From Mobula hypostoma (taxonomy: Eukaryota), in NCBI RefSeq assembly GCF_963921235.1, contig NC_086097.1:157172001-157236000 (forward strand): 64,000 nt of DNA, written 5' to 3'. Shown piece by piece: positions 12,961-26,627 of the stretch (its first letter is position 1; each line of letters opens with the position of its first letter). Under the pieces are notes generated by a model. It did not search any database. It was not told the DNA's origin and saw only the letters and a program-made list of their open reading frames with translations. Made by a program: the position numbers and the translations under genes.

Positions 12961-13469
12961 CCATTATAATGTTCCCTTCATGTTGTAACTCTTTTTGACC
13001 AGAAAATAGTTTGCAGTTCTTCACTGTTACTGGTTCAAAATCCTGGAATCTTTGGTGCAGAAGTATTATGGAAATAATTTCAACATTATGCATAATGCAA
13101 TGATTCAAGAAATTGTCTTAATGTTGTCCTCTGTGAATGCATAGTATAGTGGATCGCGCACTCCTCAATATGGCTGTTTTGCCTTGAACTCTATGGACAG
13201 ATTTTGGCCCAGTGAGTGATGTCCAAATCCCAGAAGACTAACACTCAGTAACCCAATGAAACTTTTATGATACAATTTTTCCTTCACAAATGCACTGAAC
13301 TAGAAATGTGTTCAATGTAACCCTAGAATGAGCATCTAAATGATTTACGAATGAAAGGTGCTAAAAATTTTAAAAATACAATCTATCTTTTGATTATCCA
13401 GAGATTTGAACTTTGAGCTACCAGAATTAGTGTAAAAATACCAAGCATACTCATCATTAACTTACCTGA

Positions 13470-14450
13470 TTAATTTGACTCTGATTGGCAACAACATCTC
13501 CTCCACAATCTCCATCAGCAGAGGTGCACCACAAGGCTGTGTGCTTGCCCCTATGCTCTATTCACTTTACACTTATGACTGGTAGCTAAGCACAGCTCCA
13601 ATGCCATATTCAAGTGTACTGAGGACACCTCTGTCATTGGCTGAATCAAAGGTGGTGACAAATCAGCACATAGGAGAGAGATTTAAAATCTGGCTGAGTG
13701 GTGCCACAACAGTAACCTCTCACTCAATGTCAGCAACACCAAGGAGCTGATTATTGACTTCAGGTGGAAGAAACCAGGACTCCATGAGCTCATCCTTATT
13801 GGGGGATCAGTGGTGGAGAGGAACAGCAACTTTATATTTCTCTGTCTTATCATTTGAGAGAATGCAAAAGGTAATGGATATGGTCCAGTCCAGTATGGGT
13901 AAAGCCCTCCTCACTATTGAGCATATCCTCATGGAGCGCTGTCACACGAAAGCAGCATCCATCTTCAAGAACCAACCACACCCCCCCCCACCCCCCAGCC
14001 ACCACTACATAACCCATCTGTCTTCTCATTGCTGCCATCAGGAAGCAGGTACAGGAGCCTCAGGACTCTCACCTACAGGTTCAGGAACAGTTATTACCCC
14101 TCAACCATCAGGTCTTGAACCAGAGGGGATAACTTCATTCAGCCTTACTCACCCCATCATTGAACTGTTCCAACAACCTGTGGACACACCTTCAAGAAAT
14201 CATCTCATGTTCTCGATATTTACTGTTTAATTATTATTACTATTTATTTCTCTTTTGTATTTGCTCAGTTTGTTGTCTTTTGCTCATTAGTTGTTTATCT
14301 CTCCTGTTGGGTGTTGTCAATCATTGAATCTGTTATGTTTCTTGGATTTACTGTGTATGCCCAGAAGAATATGAATCTCAGGATTGGAAATAGTGACATA
14401 TATGTACTTTGATAGTGAATTTACTTCAAACTTTTCTTGAATTTTGAACT
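13470..14450 (+). mobile_element. Rex1/Babar LINE fragment with an internal deletion
   Basis: GAPQGCVL (ggtgcaccacaaggctgtgtgctt), tcaatgtcagcaacaccaaggagctg, and the family 3' tail. Confidence 0.85.
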
Positions 14451-14801
14451 AATTACTCTTGTTTTAAGTGTACATTCATTAACCCTCCTAACAGTAGTTC
14501 CTGGGCAATAATTTAAAATGAGTAAAACGAAATCAGTTCTTTGACAAGTACTTAACTTTGTGATTTCAAAATCAGAATCATGTCTTATATAACCTGAATT
14601 TATTGTTCTGTGGCAGATGTAAGTTAACTGTAAGAAATTAGTTGATGGGATGGAATCTAATGTTGAAAGAACCTGAGTCTATTTTGCATGTACATAGGAT
14701 ATTGCAAAGGGATTCACAACCAATAAGTTAAAAGAAGCTGTTTTTATGCAGATAAATGAAAGTTGTGCATTGTTGTAAAAATCACAAAATATCCCTTTTA
14801 C

Positions 14802-14964
14802 CTGGCTTTTTGAAAATGTTTTCCCATGCCCAATGGTAAATGGAATCTTCATCTCTTCTAGGCAGTTAGGGTAGATGATGTAAGAAAATGCCTTTCCATT
14901 TTTGTCTATCTTCTCCGTATTTGTGATGTTGTTGGCTATTTTTTAATCTCACCGAGTAAAATGT
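14802..14964 (-). pseudogene. Candidate exon 4 of the minus-strand chain, frameshifted at an A6 run
   Basis: Acceptor ccttctgtcaaaatag, donor CAG|GTAAAA. Reads ILLGEIKK then stop; one extra A would give ...IANNITNTEKIDKNGKAFSYIIYPNCLEEMKIPFTIGHGKTFSKSQ up to the donor. Confidence 0.3.
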
Positions 14965-15756
14965 CTATTTTGACAGAAGGCATGTTCACTACTGCAGCAT
15001 TCTATCAGCACTGATTTGGCACTGCTAAATTGTCAGATTAACTGAAGAGCTCAACCCATTAATTACTGGGTGGAACATGAATTGAAAATTTATTGACAGA
15101 GAATTAAATACTTGCTCAGAGCCAGCCTGACACTGAAGCAAAAGTAAAATGCTGTTGATGCCATAAATTGTAATTGAAACAGAAAATGCTGAAAATACTC
15201 AGCAGCAGGTTAGGCAGTATTTGTGGATGGAGAAACAGGGTTAAATTTATTTCTGAGACATCAGCAGGCTGCTTTAGACACTCCTAGTCTGGGGAATGAA
15301 TAGGTTTAATGGACCAAATGACTGTTATATGTTCTATGCTTTGAGTTAACCTGCCTAATTCAATAATTCACTAATCAATACACAAAAATCCAAGATACAG
15401 GATAAAATTTATTCATGTAAAATCAGAAATTTCAATAAATACATTTTTTCTCGTTTATAATCTTTTTACAATTCACCTTTCTTGATACAAGCACGGGTGA
15501 TATGACAGGTTTGCTTTTAATGCGATACATTCATTATGCTGTCCAGCAAGTTCGTTTTCAAATTTTCTATATTATTTACCCCTGAGATGTTTGAAACAGA
15601 GCCAATGCCTTTTAGTGCAAGTTGTGAACTGAAGCAACCATGACTATTTTTCCTGAATTTTATTGTTAAATTATCTCATTTACTGAGATGTGTTTAAAAA
15701 TGCATGCTGCATTCAAACTGAAGACTGGAAGGTAATAAGCTGCTGCAGTACCTTAC

Positions 15757-15990
15757 CACTCCAAATATTGCTGCTGGACTCTTGAGAGATTGTCCTGTCG
15801 GTTTCCAAAGCAAATCTATTAAGTGCCTCCTCACTGTGAACCAACAGCTGCATTATTACTGTCGAATGCATTTCTGCTGACAACATGGGAATAGGTTTCA
15901 TGTTACAGGAAATTGTGATAGTTACAGCTTTCCAGGAATGCAAACTTTCCATAATAGAGTTGTGACCTGTAGTAATCAAATCAATTGCTG
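15757..15990 (-). CDS. Candidate exon 3 (234 nt, phase 1 to 1), unidentified protein
   Basis: Strong pyrimidine tract with a tandem AAG/CAG acceptor, 78 open codons AIDLITTGHNSIMESLHSW...SSNIWS, donor G|GTAAGG. Confidence 0.45.
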
Positions 15991-16514
15991 CTTTGGAAAA
16001 AAAAGAGAATAGATAATTTATGGGCAAGAGGTAAATTACACCAAGTGATTTAGAATGTTTTTCATAAATAATAACTTCATTATATGACCTCCCTTTTCAG
16101 CAATTAACAGTAAAAAAAAATTAATTAGTTGATTTTTCACAGGTGTCAGACTGAAAAGCCACTTTTCAATGTTGTCCATGACATTGTCAATGAGAACACA
16201 TGTGGGTGTTCATCAGTTACTATAGTAAGTTTCAGAATATGTACATCAAATGTTAGCTGTCTAATTACTGAATAGAGCTGTAGTACCTAGCTAGTCTTAA
16301 GATGAGATTTTTTTTTCACTCAATGACACAATATATTTCAGTATCTCTTTTTAACCGACAACCTAAAGCCTGTATTGAGTTCACTTTACAACATTTGAAA
16401 CATTTTATCCGGTTTAATATCATTGACATATTTCATGAAATGTGTTGTTTTGTGGCAGCAGAACAGTTCAATACGTAAAAATTACAATAATTACAAAGTT
16501 ACATTAAAAATATA

Positions 16515-17061
16515 CACTCAATGCCAACTTTATTAGGTACACCTGTACACCTGCTAATTAATGCAAATATCTAATCAGTCAATCATGTGGCAGCAACTCA
16601 ATGCAAAATAGCATGCAGACACAGTCAAGAGATTCAGTTGTTGTTCAGAATGGGGAAGAAATGTTATCTAAGTGACTTTGACTGTCAACTGATTGTTGGT
16701 GCCAAAAGTTGGTAGTTTAGTATCTCAGAAACTGCTGATCTCCTGTGACTTTTCACACACAACAGTTTCTACAGTTTACAGAGAATGATGTGAAAAACAA
16801 GAAAAAAAAATCATCCAGTTCATTTCTGTGGATGAAAACACATTTTTAATGAAAGAGGTCAAAGAAGAATAACCAGATTGGTTCAAGCTGACATGAAGGC
16901 AACAGTAACTTAAAAGACTATTGTGTGTAGAAGAACATCTCTGAATGCACAATACATCAAACCTTGAAGTGGATGGGCTACAGCAGCAGAAGACCAGGAG
17001 TATTCACTCAGTGACCATGTTATTATGTACAGGGGACACCTAATAAAGTGGCCATTGAGTG
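16515..17061. mobile_element. Non-autonomous Tc1/mariner element
   Basis: TIRs cactcaatg(c/g)c(a/c)actttattaggt with TA on both sides; homologous to 53684-54697 in the opposite orientation. Confidence 0.85.
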
Positions 17062-17149
17062 TATAGAGAAATAAAGTACTGATAAAAGAGAACAAAGTAG
17101 CAAGGTAGTGTTCATTGGCTCATTTTGAATCTGATGGCATAGTGGATTC

Positions 17150-17945
17150 TTCAATAGCGAGGTGGCCAACAGGAAAGAAATAATCTCTCTGGCACTGTAG
17201 TGTCAAAAAAACAACCTCTCCATCAATGTCACAAAAACAAAGGAGCTACTTGTGGATCACAGGAGGTATGGAGAAAAGCTAACCCCTATTAACATCAATG
17301 GATCTGTGGTTGAGAGGGTAAACAGCTTTAACACATCACCGAGGACCTCGTGTGGTCTGTACACACCAGCCGTGTGGTCTGTACACACCAGCTGTGTGGT
17401 GAAAAAGGCACAACAGTGCCTCTTTCACCTCAGACAGTTGAGAAAGTTTAGTATGGGCCCCCAAATCCTAAGAACTTTCTACAGGGACACAATTGAGAAC
17501 ATCCTGACTGGCTGTATCACTGCCTGGTATGGGATCTGTACCTCCCTTAATCGCAGGATTCTGCAGGGAGTGGTGCAGATAGCCAGTGCATCTGTAGTTG
17601 TGAACTTCCCATGATTCAGGACATTTACAATGACAGGTGTGAAAAAAGGGCCCGAAGGATCACTGGGGACCCGAGTCACCCCAACCACAATCTATTCCAG
17701 CTGCTACCATCCAGGAAACGGTACCACAGCATAAAAGCCAGGACTAACAGGCTTCGGGTCAGCTTCTTCCACCAGGCCATCAGACTGATTAACTCACACT
17801 GGTTTGAGTGTATTTCTATGTTATATTGTTCTATTTATTATAAATTACTATAATTGTACATTACATATTTAGACGGAGATGTAACAAAGAATTTTACTCC
17901 TTGTGTATGTGAAGGATGTAAGAAATGAAGTCAATTCAGTATTCA
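17150..17945 (+). mobile_element. Rex1/Babar 3' fragment
   Basis: KKAQQCLFHLRQLRKF..FYRDTIENILTGCITAWYG; RARRITGDPSHPNH..RTNRLRVSFFHQAIRL. Confidence 0.9.
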
Positions 17946-17949
17946 AGTC

Positions 17950-18500
17950 TCACCCATGTCCTCTGGTGGAGAGGCTAGAGCCCATGATGCAGCTAGCTGT
18001 CTACAACTCTCCGCAGCATTTTCTGATCCTGTGTTTTGATGTCTCCATACCATACAGCGATGGAACCTGCCAGAAAGATCTCCACAATGCATGTGTAGAA
18101 GTTTTCTAGAGTCTTTGGCGACATACCAAATCTCCTCAAATTCCAATATAACTGCTGCCATGCCTTTTTGTAATTCCCACAATATTTTGGGCACAGGATA
18201 GATCTTCTGAAAGATGTTGACACCCAGGAACTTGGAGATGCTTACCTTTCCACTACTGACCCCTTGATGAGGACTGCCATGTGTTCTCTTGATTTCTCCT
18301 TTATGAAATCCACAATAAATTCCTTGGTCTTACTGACGCTGAGTACAAGATTATTTTTGCAACAACACTAAACAGATCAATTTGTCTCAAGACAGTACCC
18401 CTCCTCTTCACAATTTGAAATTCTGCCAACAACAGTGGTTGCACTGGCAAATTCATAGATGGCACTTCACTTGTGCGTAGTCCCACAGATATGAATAGGA
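17950..18500 (-). mobile_element. Rex1/Babar fragment
   Basis: KKAWQQLYWNLRRFGMSPKTLENFYTCIVEIFLAGSIAVWYG. Confidence 0.8.
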
Positions 18501-18569
18501 GAGAGCAGAAACAAAATTCCTTTGCCCTTGCACCGTCAAGAAGAGCTTGCTGCTTGCAAATGACAATTA

Positions 18570-19235
18570 AAAGCTGTGAAATGAACTTCCTTAGAGGCCT
18601 ACAGAGATTCAGCATGGCATCAAAAACCTTGAGAAACTTCTATAGGTGTGTGGTGGAAAGTGTATTAACTGGCTGCATTGTGACCTGGTACGGGAACACC
18701 AATACCTTTGAGCAGAAAATCCTACAAAAGTTAGTAGATTCGGACCAGCACATCTTGGATAAAACCCTCCTAACCATTGCGCACATCTGCATGAAATGCT
18801 TCCATAGGAAAGCAGCATCTATCAAAGATCCTCACTACCCAGGCCATATTCTTTCCTCGCTACTACTATCAGGTAGTAGGCACAAGTGCCTCCGTACTCA
18901 CACCACCAGGTTCAAGAGCAGTTACGACTCCTCAGCCATCAGCTCTTTGAACAAAAGAGGATAACTACACACATCGATTGAAATGTTCCCACAACAAATT
19001 ACCTCACATTAAGGACTCATTATTTTGTTATTTCATGCTCTCATTAGTTATTGTTGCTTATTTATATTTGCATTTGCTCAATCGTTGTCTACTATACTCT
19101 TGTTCTTTCATTGATCCTGGTTACAGTTACTATTTTACATATTTGCTGAGAATGCCTGCAGGAAAGAGAAGCTCAGGGTTTCTATGTGGTAACATGTATG
19201 TACCCTGATAATAAATTTTACTTTGAACTTTGACC
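18570..19235 (+). mobile_element. Rex1/Babar 3' fragment
   Basis: FLRGLQRFSMASKTLRNFYRCVVESVLTGCIVTWYG..KDPHYPGH..TTRFKSSY; tail aataaattttactttgaactttga. Confidence 0.9.
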
Positions 19236-19348
19236 TTTAGATGGAGGAAGTCTATGTCTGGGGGCACCCTTCACCTTACGCGATTCAAACCATGACCCAA
19301 AACTTAAGCTAAAATTCCAAAATACTATGAAGTAAAATTGTTACTTAC

Positions 19349-19406
19349 TGCTTATAGTGCCAATAAGTATAGTACAGACTAAAATCACTCCAACATTATT
19401 CACGTG
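19349..19406 (-). CDS. Candidate exon 2 (58 nt, phase 0 to 1), hydrophobic segment
   Basis: Excellent acceptor tttatctctttgcttcctgctcag and donor GTAAGTA; the only open frame is HVNNVGVILVCTILIGTIS. Confidence 0.4.
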
Positions 19407-19619
19407 CTGAGCAGGAAGCAAAGAGATAAATGATTATATTTGAAATCCCAGTAAGAATTACCAAGTGTTTTAATTATGGCAGCTTCATTTATTTGGTGTG
19501 TCTCTCTCTTTTTCAGAAGATGCTGATCTATTCTTCTTGCTTAGCCAATTGAGATTTCTTTTAAAAATAAAATTGTTGTCTTTGTCTTATGTTTTCTGGA
19601 GCATATCCTGAAAAATCTA

Positions 19620-19850
19620 AGAGGCAAGTTTGATTTTTGCACACTGGCAGATATCTGGAACATGCTGCCAGAGGCAGTGGTGGAATCAGATACAATTACA
19701 ATGTTTAAGAGCTACCTAAATAGGGAAGGCTTGGAAGAATACATTCCTAATGCCAGCAAATAGGATTAGTGTAGATGGCGGGGGGGAGCATAAAGACAGG
19801 CACAGGCATGGTTGGCTGAAGAGTGTGTTTCTGTGCTATTTGACTCTGCG
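19620..19850 (+). mobile_element. CR1 LINE 3' end
   Basis: tggaacatgctgccagaggcagtggtggaa..tttaagag..ggctgaagagtgtgtttctgtgct, typical CR1 terminus. Confidence 0.7.
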
Positions 19851-19864
19851 ATTCTTAGACTTAT

Positions 19865-20750
19865 TATAATAATCCTGAGACATGAGTTCAAATCTCACCA
19901 TTCCACTTAATAAAATACATTTATAATTATTAATTACATAATTTTTTTAACATTATGAAGACACGCAGGCCTCTTTTATTGTCATTTAGTAATGCATGCA
20001 TTAAGAAATGATACAATATTTCCTCCGGTGTGAAATCACAAAACACAGGACAGACCAAGACTGAAAAAAACTAACAAAACCACATAATTATAACATATAG
20101 TTACAACAGTGCAACAATACCATAACTTGATGAAGAAGTCCATGAGCACAGTAAAAAGTTCAAAGTCTCTCAAATGTCCCGCATCTCACGCAGACGGGAG
20201 AAGGAAGAAAAACTCTCCCTGCCATACCTGACCATGGTCCAACTCTGAGTCATCCGAAAACTTCGAGCTCTGATCAGCGCTCCGACACTGAGTACTAAGC
20301 AGCATCTCTATCCGAATGATTCAACCTCCATCTCAGTCGCCAACAGCAGGCAAAGTCGGGGATTTTGAGGCCTTCCCTCTGAAAGATTCCCGATCACACA
20401 GTAATAACAGCAGTGAACTGGCGTTTCAGAAATTTCTCCAGATGTTCCTCTGTGCTTTCACGTCCATCTCCATCAAATCAGAATTGTCCATGGCCCCTAT
20501 TTAACGGATACAATATCATTTTTCACTGGAGGGCTGCGCACGCGAGTCGCGCTACTCTTTCTCCTCCCGCTGAGATTACATAAATTTGGTCTTCAAAGCT
20601 AATATCAATATTGCTGACAATGAAACTATTAGATTATTATAAAATACTATCTAGATCACTTTCACTTTGTCATCTTTACCTATTGATCTTATGATATTAT
20701 TTCAGACCCACAGCAACTTGGTTAACTATTAACTACCTGCTGTAAAAGTC
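19865..20750 (+). mobile_element. Old Deu-domain SINE (SacSINE1/AmnSINE-like), split by a younger insertion
   Basis: B-box-like gagttcaaatct at the 5' end; cagacccacagcaacttggttaact resembles the end of the Deu domain. Confidence 0.5.
19942..20574 (-). mobile_element. Younger non-coding retroposed insertion with 9-bp TSD
   Basis: attacataa at 19933-19941 and 20575-20583; AATAAA near the minus-strand 3' end; CpGs retained. Confidence 0.6.
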
Positions 20751-20779
20751 ACAGGTACAATAAGGAATAGGAACTAAAC

Positions 20780-21270
20780 TATCAGGCCCTTGTACTCAAG
20801 TGATCCTTCTCTTTCTCCCTTTTGATGGAGAGAGAGAACGAACCTGTCAGCCCTTGAGAAAGGGGGCTTGGAGAGTATGGAAAATTGTAACATCAGAACA
20901 GTAAGCTGCTGGTCTGTGCTCTTGTTGTCACAGGAGCAACCTCTCGCTCTCCTGCTGGAGAGAGAGGACCCACATAAGACACCAAAGTGCTGGGTTATGT
21001 ACTGTAGTTTTGATGGATTCTGGATCAAGGTCTCTTCAGGGGCTTTTGCTGTTGCTTTCATTGTGTGTGGGTGGGGGGGGAATCGGTGCTTCTACTGGCA
21101 TGGGGGGGTGGTTGATGCTTTTACTACTGCTTCTGTGAAGGGTGGGGTGCGGGGTGACTTCATTGTTCTAACGTTCATTCCATTCGATCACTTGTTTCAT
21201 AGGTGTCTGCGAAGAGTACAAATTTCAGGTTGTATACTGTATACATTCTCTGAAAGTAGGTGGATCTAAA
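20780..21270 (+). mobile_element. Non-autonomous element with a Rex1-type 3' tail
   Basis: Ends in aatttcaggttgtatactgtatacattctctga, similar to Rex1 tails in this window. Confidence 0.45.
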
Positions 21271-22578
21271 TGAAATTACAGTAATTAAATATTACATGGG
21301 AACTATTGTTATTATTTAGCCTTGATGAGATGAAAGTCATCCTGAATCTCATCATAAATTTGAAAAGAATATCAGTAACTTGGTTCATTTTTAATCAATA
21401 GCTCATATGAAAACATAAAACAGTGTTAGGGAGAAAGAGAAAATGAGCTGGAACTTTCTTGGAGTCATGGAATAATACAGCAAAGAAATGCGTTCCTCTA
21501 CAATACACACAAAACATTGGGGGAACTTAGCACAGACAGCATCAATGGAGGGGAATAAATCATACTGTAGGTTCTTCTGTCCATCAAGTTCACACCAATC
21601 AGTACATCAAGAATGTATCTGCAGACTCAGTTTCCACTACACTTTGAGAAAGACTTACTATCCTCTTGGGGAGAAAAATCACCTCATCTCTGCCTTAAGT
21701 GGACAACCCCATATATTTTACAGTTCCCGAATCCAACCCATTCGTGAATCACGCACAACAAGCAAATCTTTTCTGTATCTCAGAGCTCAGCAATCTTTCA
21801 TTGTTTAGTTGCTATGCTCCTTTTAACTTTCTGACTGAAATAAATAATTTCATAATTGTCCACATTATACTGCATTGCCAAATCTCTGTCATCCATTTAC
21901 CCTATCAATTGCTTTATATCCTCTTCACAAATTATTTATTATGTATTTTTGTCCTATAAGAAAACTTTGCAACCATTTTACTACTGTGAACTATTTACAT
22001 AAATCAAGGATTTTATATCATTTGTAAAAAAAAGCTTGAAGTCCAAAGTTAATTATGTTTTTAATAATTATCATCACAAATTTGCTTATTCACTCTTTCC
22101 TGTTAACTTGCAAATCAGGCATCCATGTCAACATATTACTTCTATATCAAGAGCTTTAATGTTCCACAACAAATTTTCAACACAGCACCTTTCCACATGC
22201 CTTCTCCAAATTTAGTATATCATTTGGTCATATGAACATATTAAGTAGAAGCAGCAAAAGGCAGTTCATCCTCTTCAGGGTGATCTAACATTCAAGCCAA
22301 TCATGGTTGATCTGACTACAGTATAAACACAAATCTACATTGCTGTTTACTTCTAGGAAACAGTCACCTTTTTGTTTATCTGCCCACCTCTGCCTTATTA
22401 ATATTCATAGACTCTGGTTCCATTCTCCTTTATAAAAAATAATTCCAAGGGCTCACCACCCTTGGTGAGAGGGAAAAAATAAGAACAATCATTCATCTCT
22501 GGTTTAAGTGGGCAATTCCTTTTTTTAAACAGTCTGAGATTTTAATCCACAAGTAATTCAATAACAGAACCAACTCAC

Positions 22579-22667
22579 GGTGATATGAGACAGAAAGAGA
22601 ACAAATGCTTTCAATTGGTAAAACCACATTTGTTCATTCCAGCATCAGTATTTTGTGTGACAATTGC
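22579..22667 (-). pseudogene. Candidate exon 1 of the minus-strand chain (89 nt, phase 1 to 0) with an in-frame TGA
   Basis: Acceptor cttttaaccatag, donor GTGAGT; NCHTKY*CWNEQMWFYQLKAFVLFLSHIT, TGA at 22647-22645. Confidence 0.3.
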
Positions 22668-23959
22668 CTATGGTTAAAAGTTTATTCAGGATGGGGCAGA
22701 GACACTTGGAGCAAAGATTAATCTCGACCCCACAATTACTTAATTCAACTGCATGCATCAAATATATCTCAAAATCAGACAGAAAATAAGTTGTTGAAGT
22801 CCAGTTTTGAGTATGTAGACTTCCTTCATATCTTTCACTATTTTGTAAATCATTAACTTATTGACTATTATAAATATTATATGCTATTTCACCAGTCCTC
22901 TGCCACCAGTATCTCATAATGACCCAGAGATCTCAGTTCTTCATAGGCTCCCACTCAACCAAAGAAGGGCCAACTCTGACCATCCATTACCTGCTCAGCC
23001 TTCATTCCTAATGAACTGGCTGATCCCCATATAATGCCTTGATCACCTATCTAACTAACTCTACTGCATTCCTTTCTGCAGCCTCCTCATCTCCAGCAAA
23101 CTTGTTTTCAATCAACCTCCCACCATCTCTGCCTTCCCAAGTAAATAAAATGTTTGTCAACTTGTTATGGATCCACCTACAGGAAAAAAAATCTCAGATT
23201 CCATGGATTTTATCTGAAAGATTCATTACTCCTGCTCTTACTGTTTTGGTTTGGAGAACTTAATCAATGGTTTAAAGAACCTCATAACTTGCCTTTGTCT
23301 TGGGAAGTGAAAGGAATGCCTGGTTTATTCAAATTTTCTCATTGATTTTCAAGAGATGATATTTTGTTGTTGTTTTCTTAACATTTAATTTAATATGCCA
23401 GATATGGTGGCAAAGTTAACACTTCCGACTCTATACAGACATCCTGAGTCACATGGAGCCAGGGACCTCTATCATTCTCAGACAATATTTCCGTCTAGAT
23501 TAAAATTCAGCAAATTATGATGTGCTGCTTTGTTGACAGAATGATTTGTTTGAAATCATTTTTCACTTTCTTCAGAGCTGAAGGTTTAATGAAGTCTGGA
23601 TTCCTTCATTAATTTAAAAAATACAGATTTTTCTGTAAATTAAATTAAACATTCATTTTTACATCAACACATTTTTTATGTGCTTATGTGACTTTATCAA
23701 TTGGTTACACACAAGATTCGGCAGATGGTGGAAATCTTAAGCAACTCAAACAAAAAGCTGGAGAAATTCAGTAGATCAGGAGGCACTTAAGGAGAGAAAT
23801 TAACAATCCACATTTTTGGGCCAAGACTCTTCATCAGGACTAGAAAGGAAGAGGACAGAACCCAGAATAAAAAAGATAGGGGGAACTCTGTTAGATTGTT
23901 TTGGTGTTTTTAGAACCACATAACATCCTGAGCAAAATAATTTTTAAGAATCTCCAAAT

Positions 23960-24897
23960 CTTTTTCTTTTTCAATCTTTTTATTAATTTCATAGAATATA
24001 AACATAACATAGCAATAATACAAAGTTGTTGGGATTACATTGTTATATTTAACATGAGTAATTATAAAACCAAATAGTATTTAATTGACAAAACTCCCAA
24101 TCATGTAGGATACCAATGAATAAATCAGGATAAAAAGAAAATATCAAGACAAAAATCATGAAAAAATAAAAAATAAAAATAAATAAAACCCCCTCAAAAA
24201 AAACTAATCTAAACAGAATTAATCAACTAAACTAAAAAAAGACCTGGGCAATTTTAACAACGTAAAGATGGAAGAAAAGAAAACCTTAGTGTCGATGACT
24301 CCATTTCTCTCAAACAATACTACAGAGAAGTAAAATAAAAGTTTGGAAATGGTCAAATTACATCATATGAAAATGCTGAATAAATGGCCTCCAAGTTTTT
24401 TCAAATTTAATGGAAGGGTCATAAACCACATTTCTAATTTTTTCCAAATGTAAACACAACATACTTTGTGAAAACCAGTGAAGTACAGTAGGAGGGTTAA
24501 TCTCTTTCCAATTCAGCAAAATGGATCTTCTAGCCATTAAAGTAAGAAATGCAATCATCCGACGAGCTGAAGAAGCTAAATGATTTGATTCTATCATTGG
24601 TAATCCAAAAATAGCAGTAATTGGGTGAGGTTGTAAGTCTGTATTCAAAACTCTTGAAAGAATATCAAAAATATCTTTCCAATATTTTTCCAACAAAGGA
24701 CATGACCAAAACATATGAGTTAAAGAAGCTATCTCGGAATGACATCTATCACATAAAGGATTAATATAAGAATAATAACGAGATAGTTTATCTTTGGACA
24801 TATGAACCCTGTGCACTACTTTAAACTGTATCAACACATGTTTAGCACATACAGAGGATGAATTAACTAATTGAAGAATTTTTTCCCATTTTTCAAT
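23960..24897 (-). mobile_element. L1-clade LINE 3' end (ORF2 CCHC zinc-knuckle region, A-rich tail)
   Basis: Open frame LIQFKVVHR..LCDRCHSEIASLTHMFWSCPLLEKYW..ARRSILLNWK..FEKTWRPF; AATAAA and an A-rich tail at about 23960-23985 on minus. Confidence 0.92.
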
Positions 24898-24976
24898 CCT
24901 TGATCCCATCGGGTTACGGGGTATATTTTCAAAGCTCATGCATCTATTTTACAAATAAGTTATCAGAATTCACAAG

Positions 24977-25832
24977 TGTTATGTTTAGTAACTCCAAAAC
25001 ATTAACAAGTTTGAAAGGAAAACACTAGAGCCAGATGAGAGTCTAACTTCGGGTTTACTTTAATGCAAGGCACACACATATCACAGACATCCCACCCTGC
25101 AAAAACTCATTTCAGGGAGGTAGCACCATCAATTTGCGGGAGACTTCCGGGAGAAGTGGGATGTCTGCAATAGAGTAGCTCCTTAGCAGCTGACCAGCTA
25201 GTTTAAATAACGTTAGCTGTGCTAATGAACGAATGACGCCTGTTAAACTCACCTCAACATGTCTTTTACAGTCTTAACCCACCATGGGCAATAGAAAAGT
25301 CATTGTTGCAAACAGTGCAGTGAGCAATGTTGTCATTATTTTGACCCCTATTAGTCAGGGGTACACTTTAGTGTAGTCTGGGGTGACGTACGTTTCATAA
25401 TTTTTTGGAACACTCTGCCATGGCGCGCTCTTGCTTGCGCTCTCCCTCTCTCTCTCTCTCGTGGTCGCTCGCGCGCTCTCAAGCCCTCTGACTTGCTTTC
25501 TCTCGCTCACGTGCTCTCTCTCTCGCTCGCATGCTCTCTCTCTCGCTTTCTCGCTCGCTTGCTCTCTTGCTCGCGCGCTCGCTTGCCTTTGCTCTCGCTC
25601 GCTCTCAAAAAACTTGATTTCCGTGATATTGTATATAATTTGCAGGCATCAGGGAGCCACTATTAATATACAGGAGACTCCCAGAAGTCCCAGGAGAGGT
25701 GGGATGTCTGATATCACATGGTAATATCATAATGTATGCAATTCACTTTCATTTACATGAATTATTTAACCAAACAAAGAATGCTTAATCAACACATATT
25801 TTTGGGATTACTGAAATATTAAATGCATAACA
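24977..25832. mobile_element. Solo LTR (11497 family) interrupted by a hAT element
   Basis: tgttatgtttagtaactccaaaacattaa ... gaaatattaaatgcataaca. Confidence 0.65.
25084..25710 (-). mobile_element. Non-autonomous hAT element with a BED-finger remnant
   Basis: 13-bp TIR CAGACATCCCACC, flanking duplication atatca, AHCTVCNNDFSIAHGG..CKRHVE on minus; homologous to 55960-57520. Confidence 0.85.
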
Positions 25833-26627
25833 ATACTAAATATTCAGGGCTCCAAGACCACAACTGGAGTTTAAATAACAAAACCAAAATTCCTGCCCAA
25901 ATTGTACTAGTAAGCCTCAAATCCAAAGAACAAATAAGAGCCTTTACGTTGGAGAACGAAGGAGCTCCATTCACTGGAATTTGCTCATGCATTCTCTCCA
26001 AACGAAGTGTGTAATAATACAAGAATAAATTGCGGGAGAAAAACGCATCAGGTCAAGCAGCATCAACAGGGAGGAACAGTTAAGATTTCAGGTCTGGGAT
26101 CCTTAAATAAAATCAATGAAAGTACTCAGACTTGGAATGTAACTATTTTTTTCACAAACTCTGTCTGATCTGCTGATTTTCCATAGCATTTTCTAACTTT
26201 TATTTCAGATTTTCAATGCCTACAGTTTTTTTTTTTGCAGTGCTAATGATGTTCCTGCAGTCATTGCAGAAGCTGAATGGAAGAGCCCTCCCCAGCCACT
26301 ACAAAGCAATTCCATATCACTACTGTACTCCTTCAAATACCTAAACAGCAGCATCAAGAAGCGTGATCCAAACTAACACAACAGAAGCAGCCTACACAAG
26401 CTACCTGGGAACCCAATCTAATTTAGCTGAGTATGGAAAAATTGAAATTATGGGGAAAGGGAACTTTTTGACAAATTTATTTCTTCACGCTTGCAATGCT
26501 CTTATGAGAAGCTTGAAATGTAGAAGTAGGAAGGAAGCTTTCCATGACTGCTTAGTCATTCAATATAATCATGGCTGGCCCTTTTTCTCTATATCATATT
26601 CCCATTCTCTGATTTTGATACTCTTTA

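Noticed and set aside
17349..17392. 22-bp direct repeat
   Set aside because: Simple tandem duplication within a dead Rex1 copy.
25420..25606. CpG island or promoter
   Set aside because: (CTCG/CT)n low-complexity expansion inside a hAT element.
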